In this document: positions 38,435-48,214 of the stretch, piece after piece
How the letters are laid out: each line of letters opens with the position of its first letter
How positions within the stretch are numbered: the first letter of the stretch is position 1
NCBI GenBank assembly: GCA_045639785.1
Contig: JAZUDT010000002.1
Span: 4,121 to 68,120, forward strand
Length of the DNA: 64,000 bases
Origin: Acutalibacteraceae bacterium
GTDB taxonomy: Bacteria; Bacillota; Clostridia; Oscillospirales; Acutalibacteraceae
Reading direction: 5' to 3'
Notes under the pieces: model-generated
Seen by the model: only the letters and a program-made list of their open reading frames with translations
Told to the model about the DNA's origin: nothing
Database searches by the model: none
Made by a program: the position numbers and the translations under genes

Positions 38435-38787
38435 ACCCCGAACGAATTGTCACTGACAAGCTCCCGGACAGCCTGAGCTCCGTCATTTTTTATCTTTTCG
38501 GCAATATCAAGCGTTTCCTTCAGCCGTCTTTTGACGGTTAAGTCGCCCGCCTTGAAATCCGCATTTTCCTCAACGTCAGCCATGAGCGACAGCGCATACG
38601 AATAATATGCGTCGCAGGCGGCGGCATAGGGAATGCGAGGGTCGGAAAGGTCAGCGTCGCTTCTGAGCGTTTTCAGAAGCTTATCGAGCGAGGAACAGCA
38701 AAGGGACAGTATTCTCTCTGTCCCTTTTACGCTGTCGGGTGAAATGAGTGTGAGAAAAATGTTATAAACATCATCTGCGCTTATCAT
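38422..38787 (-). CDS. phage head-tail connector (gp6-like) protein
   Basis: 121-aa helical protein directly downstream of the capsid gene. The assignment is synteny-based. Confidence 0.45.
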   Translation of the reverse strand: MISADDVYNIFLTLISPDSVKGTERILSLCCSSLDKLLKTLRSDADLSDPRIPYAAACDAYYSYALSLMADVEENADFKAGDLTVKRRLKETLDIAEKIKNDGAQAVRELVSDNSFGVWSI

Positions 38788-38803
38788 AATTTCACCCTTT
38801 CAT

Positions 38804-39811
38804 TTACTGTGCGAGAACCTTTGAAGCATCGGAATAAATCTTGGCAAAGCCCGCTATTGAGGTGACGGCGGCTCTTTCAAGCTGGCGGTCAATGAGTTTG
38901 TCAAAGTCGGTGATTACGTCGCCCGCCTGCACCTTTTCGAGAGCACAGCTTCTGTCAAGGGCAATCATCTTGCCCGCCGGCACTGCATCACAGCGGATAA
39001 TCTCTGCGCCGAGAGGAGTAATGCACTTGCCGGTGCCGTGAAATGTGAGACCTGCGCTTGCGTCCTTGAACTCGCTCATGCTGAGAAGCTGAGTCATGAC
39101 ATCGGGCGGAACAATAACGGTTGTCATCTCATAGGGGTCAAATTTGTTCCAGAGCTTGACAAGGTCGTTATAGGTCAAAACGCCGGATGTGCCGGTTGAA
39201 ATAACCTCAGCGGAGTTGTTGTTGCCGTCGCCGTTTATGAGAACGTCAACTGCGTCCTTGAGCTGTGAGCGTGCGATGTATGCGCCAATCTGTCTGAGAG
39301 TGACGGTAAAAAGGTCGAGACGCTGGAATTTTACCGCCTCGTATGAAGCAACAAGCATTCTGCCTCTCTTGTTGAGCTTAACGAGATTTTCCTGCGTCTT
39401 AATTGTTGTCGAGGGGATAATCGCACCCTCGTTGACCGAATAGAGCTCCTTGCTGTCGTCGTCCGAAACGGAGGTTATCGAGCGGTAATCGAGAGAATTG
39501 ACCTTTGTCGTGGTGGCGATTATTCTGTCGAGCTTATCCGCTTTTTCCATACCCTGACGCACCGCACGGTTTACATACTCGGGGAAAAGAGCGGCGGAAT
39601 CTGAGGTTTTGAAGAATTTTTCCACCGTGTCGCTGGTTCTTCCGTTGACGTGGATACCGAAACGCTTGAGCTGTCTCTGGTATGCGTCAAGACCTTCGAG
39701 CGGCGAGCCCTTGTAGTTTTCCGACGGGTCAAGCTCCTCAAGAAGCTGTGAAAAGCTTTTTGAAGACGTGTAGAAGCTCTTGTCAAGCTTTAAATTCATA
39801 TATTCTGACAT
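38804..39811 (-). CDS. phage major capsid protein (HK97-fold class)
   Basis: 335 aa, positioned after the protease and the DUF2190-like gene. The sequence (ASYEAVKFQRLDLFTVTLRQIG...) resembles major capsid proteins as I recall them. Confidence 0.7.
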   Translation of the reverse strand: MSEYMNLKLDKSFYTSSKSFSQLLEELDPSENYKGSPLEGLDAYQRQLKRFGIHVNGRTSDTVEKFFKTSDSAALFPEYVNRAVRQGMEKADKLDRIIATTTKVNSLDYRSITSVSDDDSKELYSVNEGAIIPSTTIKTQENLVKLNKRGRMLVASYEAVKFQRLDLFTVTLRQIGAYIARSQLKDAVDVLINGDGNNNSAEVISTGTSGVLTYNDLVKLWNKFDPYEMTTVIVPPDVMTQLLSMSEFKDASAGLTFHGTGKCITPLGAEIIRCDAVPAGKMIALDRSCALEKVQAGDVITDFDKLIDRQLERAAVTSIAGFAKIYSDASKVLAQ

Positions 39812-39826
39812 TTTTCTTCCTCCTGA

Positions 39827-40177
39827 TTATAAAATAAAACCGACGACTGCGTTTTCAGCGTCGATGTCCGTGACGAGAATGCTTGAAGCAGTTGAAAGAA
39901 TCTTTGCTTTTCCGTCTGCGTCAAGTCCGAGATTACATTTTCCGAGAGTGATTGTCTCGCCGGAAAGAATCGGCGCAGTCATGTAGCCTTTGACCTGAAC
40001 TGTAACAAGGTCGCCGCATACATCGGCGCATTTTCCGACTATTTCGCCTGCCGCAACCGCCGAGACGGTGGCATTTGCGCTTATTGAGACAAAGTCGCCC
40101 TTTTCGATTTCGGCACTTGCCGCTTTTTTGAAGGTGAGGTATTCTGCTCCGGCACCCTCGAATGATACTTTTTTCAT
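39827..40177 (-). CDS. DUF2190-like small capsid-associated protein
   Basis: 116-aa beta-rich protein between the protease and the capsid gene, the canonical position and size for the DUF2190 family. Confidence 0.5.
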   Translation of the reverse strand: MKKVSFEGAGAEYLTFKKAASAEIEKGDFVSISANATVSAVAAGEIVGKCADVCGDLVTVQVKGYMTAPILSGETITLGKCNLGLDADGKAKILSTASSILVTDIDAENAVVGFIL

Positions 40178-40190
40178 TTTAGTCCTCCTG

Positions 40191-41105
40191 TTAAATCATG
40201 TAGTCGCTGTCCGGCTGACTTACTGTGTTTTCGTTTTTCTTTGCCGTCTGCGGAGCGCAGGGAAAAATTGCGCTCTTCTTTTTTTCAAGACTTTTTCTGA
40301 GCTGTCTGAGCGAGGCTGTGTCAAGTCCGGCACAAAGCTCCTGGGCGATGCCTTTTGATATTTCCGGCACCGTTAAGGAAAAAAGCTTTGTCACCTCAGA
40401 CAAAAGCTCGCTGCGGTATTCTCTTGCCTGAGAGGCTTCCTTTTCAAGCTCGCCGATATAGTCGCAGAGCTTCTTTTTTTCATCTTCGCCGCAGGCAAAT
40501 TCTTTGATAATATCTGTGGGATTTTCCGTTTTAACCGTCTCCTTTTTTCTGTACGATTTTGTGACGCCCGCCTCTCTCTGTGCGGGTACGGCAACGAATG
40601 ACCATTCATAAGCGTCTGTCGCCTTATCAAGCACCGTGCAGCAGATTTTTCCGCCATACGTCTTTCCCCTGATATGATTACAGTGCTCCATGCCGCATAT
40701 TGAGCAGGTATGCTTTGAGACACAGCAGCCGACGCTGACCTCTTTCTTTATACCTGCGTCAATTTCTTTGATAACGTCTTCGTTTTTCTTTGTTCTGACC
40801 ATGTAGGCTTTTGCTTTGAGCGCAGTGTAGGTTTCGCCTCTGCGAGTTGTTCTTCCGGGCGTTTCCTCAACCCATGTGCTGAATATTCTTGCCGACTGGT
40901 CGCCGCTTCTCATGCTGTGGTCGCTTATTCCCGTCTTTCCGATAAACAGCGTTTTAAGCTCGCTCAGAGCTTCGACGGTGAAGGCTTCATAATCCCTGTC
41001 AATTTCATTATCGCATAATGTGACGGGGAAAATATACACGTCCTCCTCCGACAGCTTCTTTCGTGAAAGCCCGTTGATAAGCTCCATATCTTTCTTACTT
41101 TCCAT
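40191..41105 (-). CDS. prohead protease / scaffold-like protein
   Basis: 304 aa between portal and capsid. The N-terminal half is protease-like (GKTGISDHSM) and the C-terminal half is charged coiled-coil, like a scaffold. A Cys cluster (CCVSKHTCSICGMEHCNH) is unusual. Confidence 0.5.
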   Translation of the reverse strand: MESKKDMELINGLSRKKLSEEDVYIFPVTLCDNEIDRDYEAFTVEALSELKTLFIGKTGISDHSMRSGDQSARIFSTWVEETPGRTTRRGETYTALKAKAYMVRTKKNEDVIKEIDAGIKKEVSVGCCVSKHTCSICGMEHCNHIRGKTYGGKICCTVLDKATDAYEWSFVAVPAQREAGVTKSYRKKETVKTENPTDIIKEFACGEDEKKKLCDYIGELEKEASQAREYRSELLSEVTKLFSLTVPEISKGIAQELCAGLDTASLRQLRKSLEKKKSAIFPCAPQTAKKNENTVSQPDSDYMI

Positions 41106-42339
41106 CTTTTTCCTCCGTTATGAGCTTTTGCGCCTGAGCGTTATAGTAGTTTGTCTGTGCAAGCTGTAATGAATCCTGAAGAGTAACGTCATTCCACTCA
41201 AGACTGAAGTTGGTGTCAATGCCGTTGAGTGAAAACCAGAATGAGCATATTTTTCTCAGTGCGGGATTGAGAATTTCACGGTAAAATTCTATTTCACTGG
41301 TGAGAATATCAGCCTGCTGAGCCGACATTCTTTCGGTCGATGACCAGTTGAGACCGAGAAGAAACGGCGGAACACCGAGCTTTGCCACAATCTGCTCAAG
41401 AAGCTGTCTGACGGGTATCTCACTGTCGGGTATCTGGCTGTCTGCGCCGATAACCTTGATGTCAACGTCACCGACGGCGACAAAGTCTCTCACGGGACCT
41501 GAGCTTTCCATCGTCTTGCTCCACTGCTCAGCGACCTGCTTTGCTCTCTGCTTTGCAAATGCCTTATCGGAGGAATCGTTCTGCGGCTTATACGTTACCG
41601 CATACCTGATATTCCCCGTTCTCTCCCAGTTTGTGCCGATAGTGTTGTAGATTTTGAGAAGAATATCGGCGACAAACGGCAGTCCCTTGAGAATCGAAGT
41701 GCCGTAGGGCGTGACGGGATTTTGTCCTATCGTGCTGATGAAAACAAGCTCCGGATACCTTATCGGCACAAACGAGCCGCTCCCGTCCTCAACCGAAACA
41801 ACGGTGCTGAGTCTGTCGGCGGAAAACGAAAGCTCTATATCGGAAATATCCGCATTGTATAAAGCCCCGAAGCTGTTTCCGTCGGTGACGATTTCACCGA
41901 CAGCCGTGCCGTAGGTGAGAAGAGAAGCAAAGTATTCACTGATAAAGCTGTTTATTCCCGCTGATGATGCGCCGACCTTGACACTGCAAAGAAAGCGGTT
42001 TATTTCCTCTTCGGCAAACTTGTCGGTGCATACCACTCTGAATGTGCCGAGAAGCCGTGTGAGCTTTTCTATTGCGGCACCGATGACGGGCACTGCGTCC
42101 TTCAGCTCGCCATACAGCTTCATTTCGCTTTTCTGTGACGGAAAATAATCCGAGAGGTGTGAATAGGGATGCTCATGCTTTTTTGTCTGAACTGCATTCT
42201 CGCACCCTGCGTCACTCTGATTTTTTCTCTGTTTTCCGAAAATCAAATCATTCTCCTTTCTCCGTATTTCATACGGAATTTCTTTCTGCCGCCACGACGA
42301 AGAAATCGTCCTCTTTTTTAAATAAAACCGTTGAAACAA
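41095..42339 (-). CDS. phage portal protein
   Basis: Approximately 400-aa ORF immediately after terL. The start is uncertain: the ORF-track start overlaps terL by 71 nt, and the internal Met (MKLYGELKD) is at 42123. Confidence 0.65.
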   Translation of the reverse strand: MFQRFYLKKRTISSSWRQKEIPYEIRRKENDLIFGKQRKNQSDAGCENAVQTKKHEHPYSHLSDYFPSQKSEMKLYGELKDAVPVIGAAIEKLTRLLGTFRVVCTDKFAEEEINRFLCSVKVGASSAGINSFISEYFASLLTYGTAVGEIVTDGNSFGALYNADISDIELSFSADRLSTVVSVEDGSGSFVPIRYPELVFISTIGQNPVTPYGTSILKGLPFVADILLKIYNTIGTNWERTGNIRYAVTYKPQNDSSDKAFAKQRAKQVAEQWSKTMESSGPVRDFVAVGDVDIKVIGADSQIPDSEIPVRQLLEQIVAKLGVPPFLLGLNWSSTERMSAQQADILTSEIEFYREILNPALRKICSFWFSLNGIDTNFSLEWNDVTLQDSLQLAQTNYYNAQAQKLITEEKDGK

Positions 42340-43546
42340 AATACCTTATATCGTCCATGGCGTGGTCATTTTCCTTTACGGGCGCATCTTTGCCGTGAGA
42401 TGAGTCCCAGCGGTAGAGCGAAAATTCTCTCAGTGCGTCCCTGCAGGAGGGTGAAATGCGTATAAGTGAGCTTCTCAGTGCGTCTGAGACTTTTCTTATT
42501 CCGTCAATTACGTCATTATCCGCCTTGATAACACGGTATTTTCCGTGTCTGCGTATGCATTCGATAAATGACGATGCCGACGGGTCAACGATAACTCCCG
42601 AAATATCATTTTCGGCGCAGAGAGAGCAAAGGTCGGCGTAATATTCCTCGTCGGTCTTCTGATAGCCCTCTCTTCTTGAAGAAAAGTAATGTTCCCTTTC
42701 CCTGTACCATACGCCGTCGCCGTGTAGTCCCCACAAACCCATTGAAGTCGGGTTGACTGTTCCGTAGTCACACGAGACAAAATGGGACGCCGCTTCATTG
42801 TCGGGAGGGGCAAGGGTATATTTTCCGTTTGCCGCATCGGGGTAAACAAGTCCGTCCGCCGCAACCCATTTTCCGAGCACGAAGCGTTCATAAAACGCTC
42901 CGCTGTAAAGGTTTTCGTACCGGCTTATCACTTTTTTTGAAAGGGAGGGATTGTCTTTCATTGTAAAGTGAAGATACAGTGCGTTTTTTTCTTCGCTTTT
43001 CTGTATCCATTCCTTATAAAACCAGTGCTGAGGATTTTCGGGATTGCAGTTGAACCAGAATCTTGCGCCGTCGAGCGAGCAACGTGCGAGAGCCTGCTCC
43101 ACGAATGAACGGGGCATAAGTGCGACTTCATCGAGCAGTACACCGCCCAATGTTACGCCCTGAATAAGTGAAGCGGAGCTTTCGTCCTTTCCGCCGAAGA
43201 GATAGTATCTGTTCTTTCTGCCTGACTGTGATATTTCGATAAAATTACGGGTGATGGTCTCCTTGCACTCAAAGCCGAGCCTTTTAAGCACCGGTATAAG
43301 CGGAGTGACGACATTTCTCCTCAGTGAGGACACCGTCTTTCCGCACAGCGCAAAATCGGCAGAGCTGAAAGAAGAAAAGCTCCAGGCGATGAAGCCTATC
43401 GACATACAGGTTGTTTTTCCGCTTCTCACCGCTCCGTCACAGATTATTGCGTCTTTTTCGCAATAGGGGGAATTTTTATTCCACCAGCTCAGAGCGGTGA
43501 GCTGTTTTTCACTGAAAGCGGTGAAATCTTTTTTACCTGTTTTCAT
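42269..43546 (-). CDS. phage terminase large subunit (PBSX-family-like)
   Basis: Walker A CDGAVRSGKTT, Walker B-like GVLLDE, and a C-terminal nuclease-domain acidic motif (HAMDDIRY). 425 aa. Confidence 0.85.
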   Translation of the reverse strand: MKTGKKDFTAFSEKQLTALSWWNKNSPYCEKDAIICDGAVRSGKTTCMSIGFIAWSFSSFSSADFALCGKTVSSLRRNVVTPLIPVLKRLGFECKETITRNFIEISQSGRKNRYYLFGGKDESSASLIQGVTLGGVLLDEVALMPRSFVEQALARCSLDGARFWFNCNPENPQHWFYKEWIQKSEEKNALYLHFTMKDNPSLSKKVISRYENLYSGAFYERFVLGKWVAADGLVYPDAANGKYTLAPPDNEAASHFVSCDYGTVNPTSMGLWGLHGDGVWYREREHYFSSRREGYQKTDEEYYADLCSLCAENDISGVIVDPSASSFIECIRRHGKYRVIKADNDVIDGIRKVSDALRSSLIRISPSCRDALREFSLYRWDSSHGKDAPVKENDHAMDDIRYFVSTVLFKKEDDFFVVAAERNSV

Positions 43547-44024
43547 CGTATCCTTTCCTCAGGGCGTCGGCACCGTCCTCGATGGCTTTGAAAAAGCTGT
43601 CGGTCGGATTTTCGTCATTGACGGCGGCAAGCTGAGAGAGCTTTTCAAGAGCCTTTATTCTGTCGAAAAACTTGATTTCGACTCCCTTTCCCTTGCTGAC
43701 CTTGATTTCCGAAATTCCAAACAAATCCATGTTTTTCACTTCCTCAGCGTCAAAATCCTCCGAAAGAGCAATTTTGACGGCGTCGCTGACACAGCCGAAG
43801 GCTATTCTTCTCAGCCCCGCCTCAACCTCGTTCGGGCAGGCACGGTTTTCCTTTGAAAGGGCGGCTATTTTTGCTTTAACGTTCTCTCTTCTGAGGAGCT
43901 TCACCGCAGTTCTCTCGGGCATAATGCCGTAGCCCGCCTTGATTGCCGCCTCAGTGGCATTTCTCCCCACGCTGTAATAAGTGCAAAACAGTTTTTCTTT
44001 TTCTGTGAGTGCTTTGTCTTTCAT
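43533..44024 (-). CDS. phage terminase small subunit
   Basis: LTEKEKLFCTYYSVGRNATEAAIKAGYG is the HTH signature of Terminase_2-type small subunits. It overlaps the terL start by 14 nt. Confidence 0.8.
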   Translation of the reverse strand: MKDKALTEKEKLFCTYYSVGRNATEAAIKAGYGIMPERTAVKLLRRENVKAKIAALSKENRACPNEVEAGLRRIAFGCVSDAVKIALSEDFDAEEVKNMDLFGISEIKVSKGKGVEIKFFDRIKALEKLSQLAAVNDENPTDSFFKAIEDGADALRKGYDENR

Positions 44025-44307
44025 TTTTCACCATTCCTTATACGCATTTTTCGTGCAGTGCAATATCCGAAGTCGTATGCGACTGCACATTTGCCCTCCG
44101 TAAATACCCTTAACAGCCCGATTTCCGTCGCAAAAAGTGACTGAAAACAAAGAGGACTTCACTTGTTAATAAAAAATTCATAAATTCCCCATGTTTTTAC
44201 CCTTTTTTATCAACTTTTTATAATTCATTTCCGATTTGGTCTTGATATTGAGCGAAAAAAATAGTTTAATATAAGGCGTACATATAAAATTACCGGAGGT
44301 AACAGAA

Positions 44308-45330
44308 ATGAATGTATTTATGATTGGCGGAACAGGTCTTCTCGGCTGTGAAGCCGCAAAACAGCTCATCAGTCACGGTCATAAGGTCACGAGCGTGGCT
44401 CTTCCCCCTCTTCCGCAGGGTGCACCCATTCCGGAGGAAATGGAAATTGTTTTCGGCGATATCAACAAGAGAAGCGACGACGAAATAAGAGATATGCTCA
44501 AGGGGCAGGACGTTTTCGTCTTTGCGGCGGGTGTCGATGAAAGAGTTGAGTTCCCCGCACCGGTTATGGATTACTACTACAAGTTCAACATCGCTCCTTT
44601 AAAGAGAATATTCCCCCTCTGCAAGGAGGCTGGAGTTAAAAGAGCAGTCGTGCTCGGCTCGTATTTTGCATACCTTTCAAAGCTCAAGCCCGAAAAGAAG
44701 TATGACGAGCAGAATCCCTATTTCAAGTCAAGACTTATACAGGAAAAGGTCTGCGAGGAGGCTTGTGATGAAAGCTTCAGCGTAAAGGTTCTTGAGCTTC
44801 CGTACATTTTCGGCACACAGCCCGGAAGAAAGCCCGTCTGGACAATACTCATTGACCAGATAGCAATGATGGATAAGCTTCCGTTCACCATGTATCCGAA
44901 GGGCGGTACTGCAATGCTCACCTGCCGTCAGGTCGGCGAGGTTATATGCGGTGCGGCGGAGAGAGAGAAGCCCGGCTTCGAGGCGTTCCCGATTGCAATG
45001 TACAATATGAAATGGGACGAATTTCTCTCCTACGTTTACGACGCAAGAGGAATGGGCAAGGACAGAAAGATTATCGGCGTAGCACCCTGGATGATGAAGC
45101 TGGGTATGATAAAGATTGCGCTTGACTATAAAAAGAGAAATATTGATTCGGGTATGGACCCGTTCGGACTTCCCGACATTATGGACTATGACCTCTTCAT
45201 TGACAATTCATATTCCATTGAGCTCGGTGCAACACCCGATGACATTGTCGCCGCCATTACCGATTCTATAAAGGTTTCCGTCGCCGCTTATAACGGAACG
45301 GTGAAGCTTCTCGAAATGAAAGGCGAATAA
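44308..45330 (+). CDS. NAD(P)-dependent oxidoreductase (SDR/epimerase-dehydratase fold)
   Basis: MNVFMIGGTGLLGCEAAKQLISHGHKV Rossmann motif, 340 aa. Confidence 0.7.
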   Translation: MNVFMIGGTGLLGCEAAKQLISHGHKVTSVALPPLPQGAPIPEEMEIVFGDINKRSDDEIRDMLKGQDVFVFAAGVDERVEFPAPVMDYYYKFNIAPLKRIFPLCKEAGVKRAVVLGSYFAYLSKLKPEKKYDEQNPYFKSRLIQEKVCEEACDESFSVKVLELPYIFGTQPGRKPVWTILIDQIAMMDKLPFTMYPKGGTAMLTCRQVGEVICGAAEREKPGFEAFPIAMYNMKWDEFLSYVYDARGMGKDRKIIGVAPWMMKLGMIKIALDYKKRNIDSGMDPFGLPDIMDYDLFIDNSYSIELGATPDDIVAAITDSIKVSVAAYNGTVKLLEMKGE

Positions 45331-45343
45331 TTAAAGAAAAATA

Positions 45344-45386
45344 AAAGTGCGTTCACCGGAAATAACCGTATGAACGCACTTTTTTC
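45344..45386 (+). terminator. rho-independent terminator
   Basis: The aaagtgcgttca / tgaacgcacttt stem is followed by ttttt. Confidence 0.75.
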
Positions 45387-45534
45387 TGCCGCTTTTAAAG
45401 CGGTTTAAATTAAGCAGAATGAAGCTGAATTTAAGGAGGCTGTTTTTTTGCGAAGCTGCATAAATATATCATTAACAAATAAATATCACTGTTTCAGCCG
45501 ATGCGTTTCCTCTTCGATTTTTTCACTCAAGCTA

Positions 45535-45563
45535 TTGTGCATACCTGTATCATTTGATATAAT
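45535..45563 (+). promoter_or_regulatory. sigma-A-type promoter (extended -10) of the peptide-export operon
   Basis: TTGTGC (45535-45540), a 17-nt spacer, then TGaTATAAT (TG at 45555-45556, TATAAT at 45558-45563). Confidence 0.6.
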
Positions 45564-45598
45564 AAATCAGTAAATAATTCAGTGGGAGAAACGTGCAG

Positions 45599-46018
45599 AT
45601 GAAAGATGAAATATTCAGAAAGAAAAGTCTTGATAAGGTGAAATCCCCCGAAAGCCTCGATGATTATATCCGCCTCTCCAATCCGGGAGTGTGGCTCCTG
45701 CTCGTCAGCGTCATAGTACTTTTAGCCGGTGCATGCGTCTGGGGCATATTCGGTCACATAGACAGAACCGTTGATACAAATATTTTTTCTCATGACGGAA
45801 CAGCGGTTTGCTATGTATCTGAAAAAGATATATCCGCCGTAAAACCCGATATGACCGTAAAGGGCGAAAACTATGAGGCTGTAATTGACAGTATCGGAGG
45901 AAAAACCGAATGGGGATATGTATGCCTTCTTCATTCCGACCAAAAGCTACCGGACGGACTTTATGACGGGGAGATAATCACAAACAAAATAAGACCGTTA
46001 TCATTTATTTTAAGCTGA
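45599..46018 (+). CDS. truncated HlyD-like (NHLP-type bacteriocin secretion adaptor N-terminal region) membrane protein
   Basis: FRKKSLDKVKSPESLDDYIRLSNPGVWLLLVSVIVLLAG is the conserved N-terminus plus TM helix of HlyD-family bacteriocin secretion proteins. The ORF is only about 139 aa, against roughly 400 aa for full adaptors. Confidence 0.6.
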   Translation: MKDEIFRKKSLDKVKSPESLDDYIRLSNPGVWLLLVSVIVLLAGACVWGIFGHIDRTVDTNIFSHDGTAVCYVSEKDISAVKPDMTVKGENYEAVIDSIGGKTEWGYVCLLHSDQKLPDGLYDGEIITNKIRPLSFILS

Positions 46019-46028
46019 GGTCGTTCTT

Positions 46029-48200
46029 ATGGCAGAAAAAGCAAAAAAACCTATATCAAAAGGCGTAGCCAAGGTGCCTGTCGTAATGCAGCTCGAAGCA
46101 CTGGAATGCGGTGCGGCAAGCCTTTGTATGATTTTAGCCTACTACAATAAATGGATACCTCTTGAACAGGTCCGTGAGGATTGCGGTGTATCCCGTGACG
46201 GCTCAAACGCAATGAATATGCTGAAAGCGGCAAGGGCATACGGGCTTAATGCAAGAGGATATCGCTATGAGCCGGAAAGTCTTAAAGAAAACGGCTCTTT
46301 CCCGTGTATTATACATTGGAATTTCAATCATTTTGTTGTGCTTGACGGCTTCAGAGGCGGAAAAGCCTTTTTGAATGACCCGGCTAAAGGCGCATACAGC
46401 GTTTCTATGGAGGCTTTCGACGAATCCTTCACCGGAATATGCCTTCAGTTTGAGCCGTCGGATTCCTTCGCCCCCTCGGGAAAGCCGAAAAGTATGCTTT
46501 CCTTTGCCGCAAAAAGGCTTAAAGGGAGCAGCGTTGCGATTATATTTACAGTCCTGACGGGCGTTATAGCCGCCACAATGGGCTTTGTTCAGCCTGCTTT
46601 TTCACGGGTATTTCTTGATTATCTGCTCAGCGGTGAGGAAAGAGACTGGGCTGTTCCGTTTCTTATTTTCCTCGGAGCTTTTAATTTAATTCAGATAATT
46701 ATGTCGGCATTAGAGGCTGTTTATTCCCTTCGTATAAACGGCAAAATGGCGGCAGTCGGAAACGCCTCCTATATGTGGAAGGTGCTCAAAATGCCGATGA
46801 AGTTTTTTTCACAGCGTATGGCGGGAGATATTCAGGGGCGGCAGAGTTCCCACGCTTCCATTGCCAATACACTGATAGGCACATTTGCCCCTCTTCTGCT
46901 CAATGCGATCATGATGATATTCTATCTTGCGGTAATGCTGAAATACAGTGTCGTGCTGACCGTTATCGGTCTTTTGTCACTTAGTATAAACGCTTTTGTT
47001 TCGGGTTACATATCAAAAAAGCGTGTCAATATCACAAGAGTTTCTATGCGTGACAGTGCAAAGCTTGCCGCCTCCACCGTTTCCGGAATTGAAATGATAG
47101 AAACAATTAAAGCATCCGGTGCGGAAGACGGGTATTTTAAAAAGTGGTCAGGCTATCAGGCAAGTGTGAATACACAGCAGGTGAAGTTTTTGAAGCTTGA
47201 CAGGTATCTCGGTATGATACCGCAGTTTGTTTCCGTCCTTGCAGATGACCTCGTACTGTTTATCGGTGTGTGGCTGACCATGCGGGGAGATTTCACCGTT
47301 GGTATGATTATGGCGTTTCAGGGATTTCTTGCCTCATTTATGGCTCCTGCTTTGACAATGGTTTCCGCCGGACAGACTATTCAGGAAATGCGTACACAGA
47401 TGGAACGTGTGGACGATGTTATGGAGTACCCCGATGATATCGTTTTAGCTGAAAGTCAATCCGACGGTAAAATAGAAAAGCTGTCAGGAAAAATGGAACT
47501 CAAGCATATCGTTTTCGGCTATTCTCCGCTTTCTGAGCCGCTTATACATGACTTTAATCTGACGGTGACACCGGGCAAAAGTGTCGCCGTTGTCGGTGCC
47601 TCAGGGTGCGGAAAATCAACCGTGTCAAAGCTTATTTCCGGACTGTATAAGCCTTGGAGCGGTGAAATACTTTTTGACGGAAAACCGATGAATGAAATTC
47701 CGAAGAATGTTTTTCGCTCTTCGCTTGCCGTTGTTGACCAGGATATAATTCTATTTGAGGATACTATCGCAAACAATATAAAAATGTGGGATGACAGCAT
47801 TGAAGACTTTGAAATGATTATTGCCGCCCACGACGCACAGCTTCACGAGGATATTATGCAGAGACCCAAGGGCTATCAGCATAAGCTCATTGAAGGCGGA
47901 AACGGTTTTTCCGGCGGGCAGAAACAGCGTATGGAAATTGCCCGTGCTCTTGCACAGGATCCGACAATCATTATTCTTGATGAGGCAACAAGTGCTCTTG
48001 ATGCCAAGACGGAATATGAGGTCGTAAAGGCGATACGCAACCGTAATATTACCTGCATAGTTATCGCACACCGACTCTCGACCATTCGTTCCTGTGATGA
48101 AATAATCGTTATGGAAAACGGCGAAATAAAGGACAGAGGAACACATAAAGAGCTTTTAGAGACAAGCGAAATTTACCGCGAACTCATCACTGCGGAATAA
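46029..48200 (+). CDS. bacteriocin-type ABC exporter with N-terminal C39 peptidase domain (NHLP-system peptidase/permease/ATPase)
   Basis: The C39 catalytic Cys context is QLEALECGAASLCMILAYYNKW, with HFVVLDG downstream. It has 6 TM helices, Walker A GASGCGKST, signature FSGGQKQR and Walker B IIILDEATSALD. Confidence 0.9.
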   Translation: MAEKAKKPISKGVAKVPVVMQLEALECGAASLCMILAYYNKWIPLEQVREDCGVSRDGSNAMNMLKAARAYGLNARGYRYEPESLKENGSFPCIIHWNFNHFVVLDGFRGGKAFLNDPAKGAYSVSMEAFDESFTGICLQFEPSDSFAPSGKPKSMLSFAAKRLKGSSVAIIFTVLTGVIAATMGFVQPAFSRVFLDYLLSGEERDWAVPFLIFLGAFNLIQIIMSALEAVYSLRINGKMAAVGNASYMWKVLKMPMKFFSQRMAGDIQGRQSSHASIANTLIGTFAPLLLNAIMMIFYLAVMLKYSVVLTVIGLLSLSINAFVSGYISKKRVNITRVSMRDSAKLAASTVSGIEMIETIKASGAEDGYFKKWSGYQASVNTQQVKFLKLDRYLGMIPQFVSVLADDLVLFIGVWLTMRGDFTVGMIMAFQGFLASFMAPALTMVSAGQTIQEMRTQMERVDDVMEYPDDIVLAESQSDGKIEKLSGKMELKHIVFGYSPLSEPLIHDFNLTVTPGKSVAVVGASGCGKSTVSKLISGLYKPWSGEILFDGKPMNEIPKNVFRSSLAVVDQDIILFEDTIANNIKMWDDSIEDFEMIIAAHDAQLHEDIMQRPKGYQHKLIEGGNGFSGGQKQRMEIARALAQDPTIIILDEATSALDAKTEYEVVKAIRNRNITCIVIAHRLSTIRSCDEIIVMENGEIKDRGTHKELLETSEIYRELITAE

Positions 48201-48214
48201 AGGGGGTGTCATAA

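Larger units (their letters stand above)
37632..44024. mobile_element. phage-derived head-morphogenesis/DNA-packaging module (head-only cryptic element)
   Basis: Nine tightly packed, mostly overlapping minus-strand genes: terS, terL, portal, protease, DUF2190-like, capsid, connector, head closure, and one unknown. The flanks are rpsF and an NAD-dependent oxidoreductase. No integrase, tail or lysis genes are present. Confidence 0.8.

Noticed and set aside
37632-44024. Calling the phage region a complete or inducible prophage
   Set aside because: No integrase, repressor, replication, tail or lysis genes lie within or adjacent to it. Both flanks are ordinary chromosomal genes. I describe it only as a head/packaging module.
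44025-44307. Hairpin gtgcagt...actgcac upstream of terS as a pac/cos site or regulatory element
   Set aside because: It is a single 7-bp stem with a long loop. No repeats or conservation can be assessed from this window alone, so the support is too weak to report as a feature.
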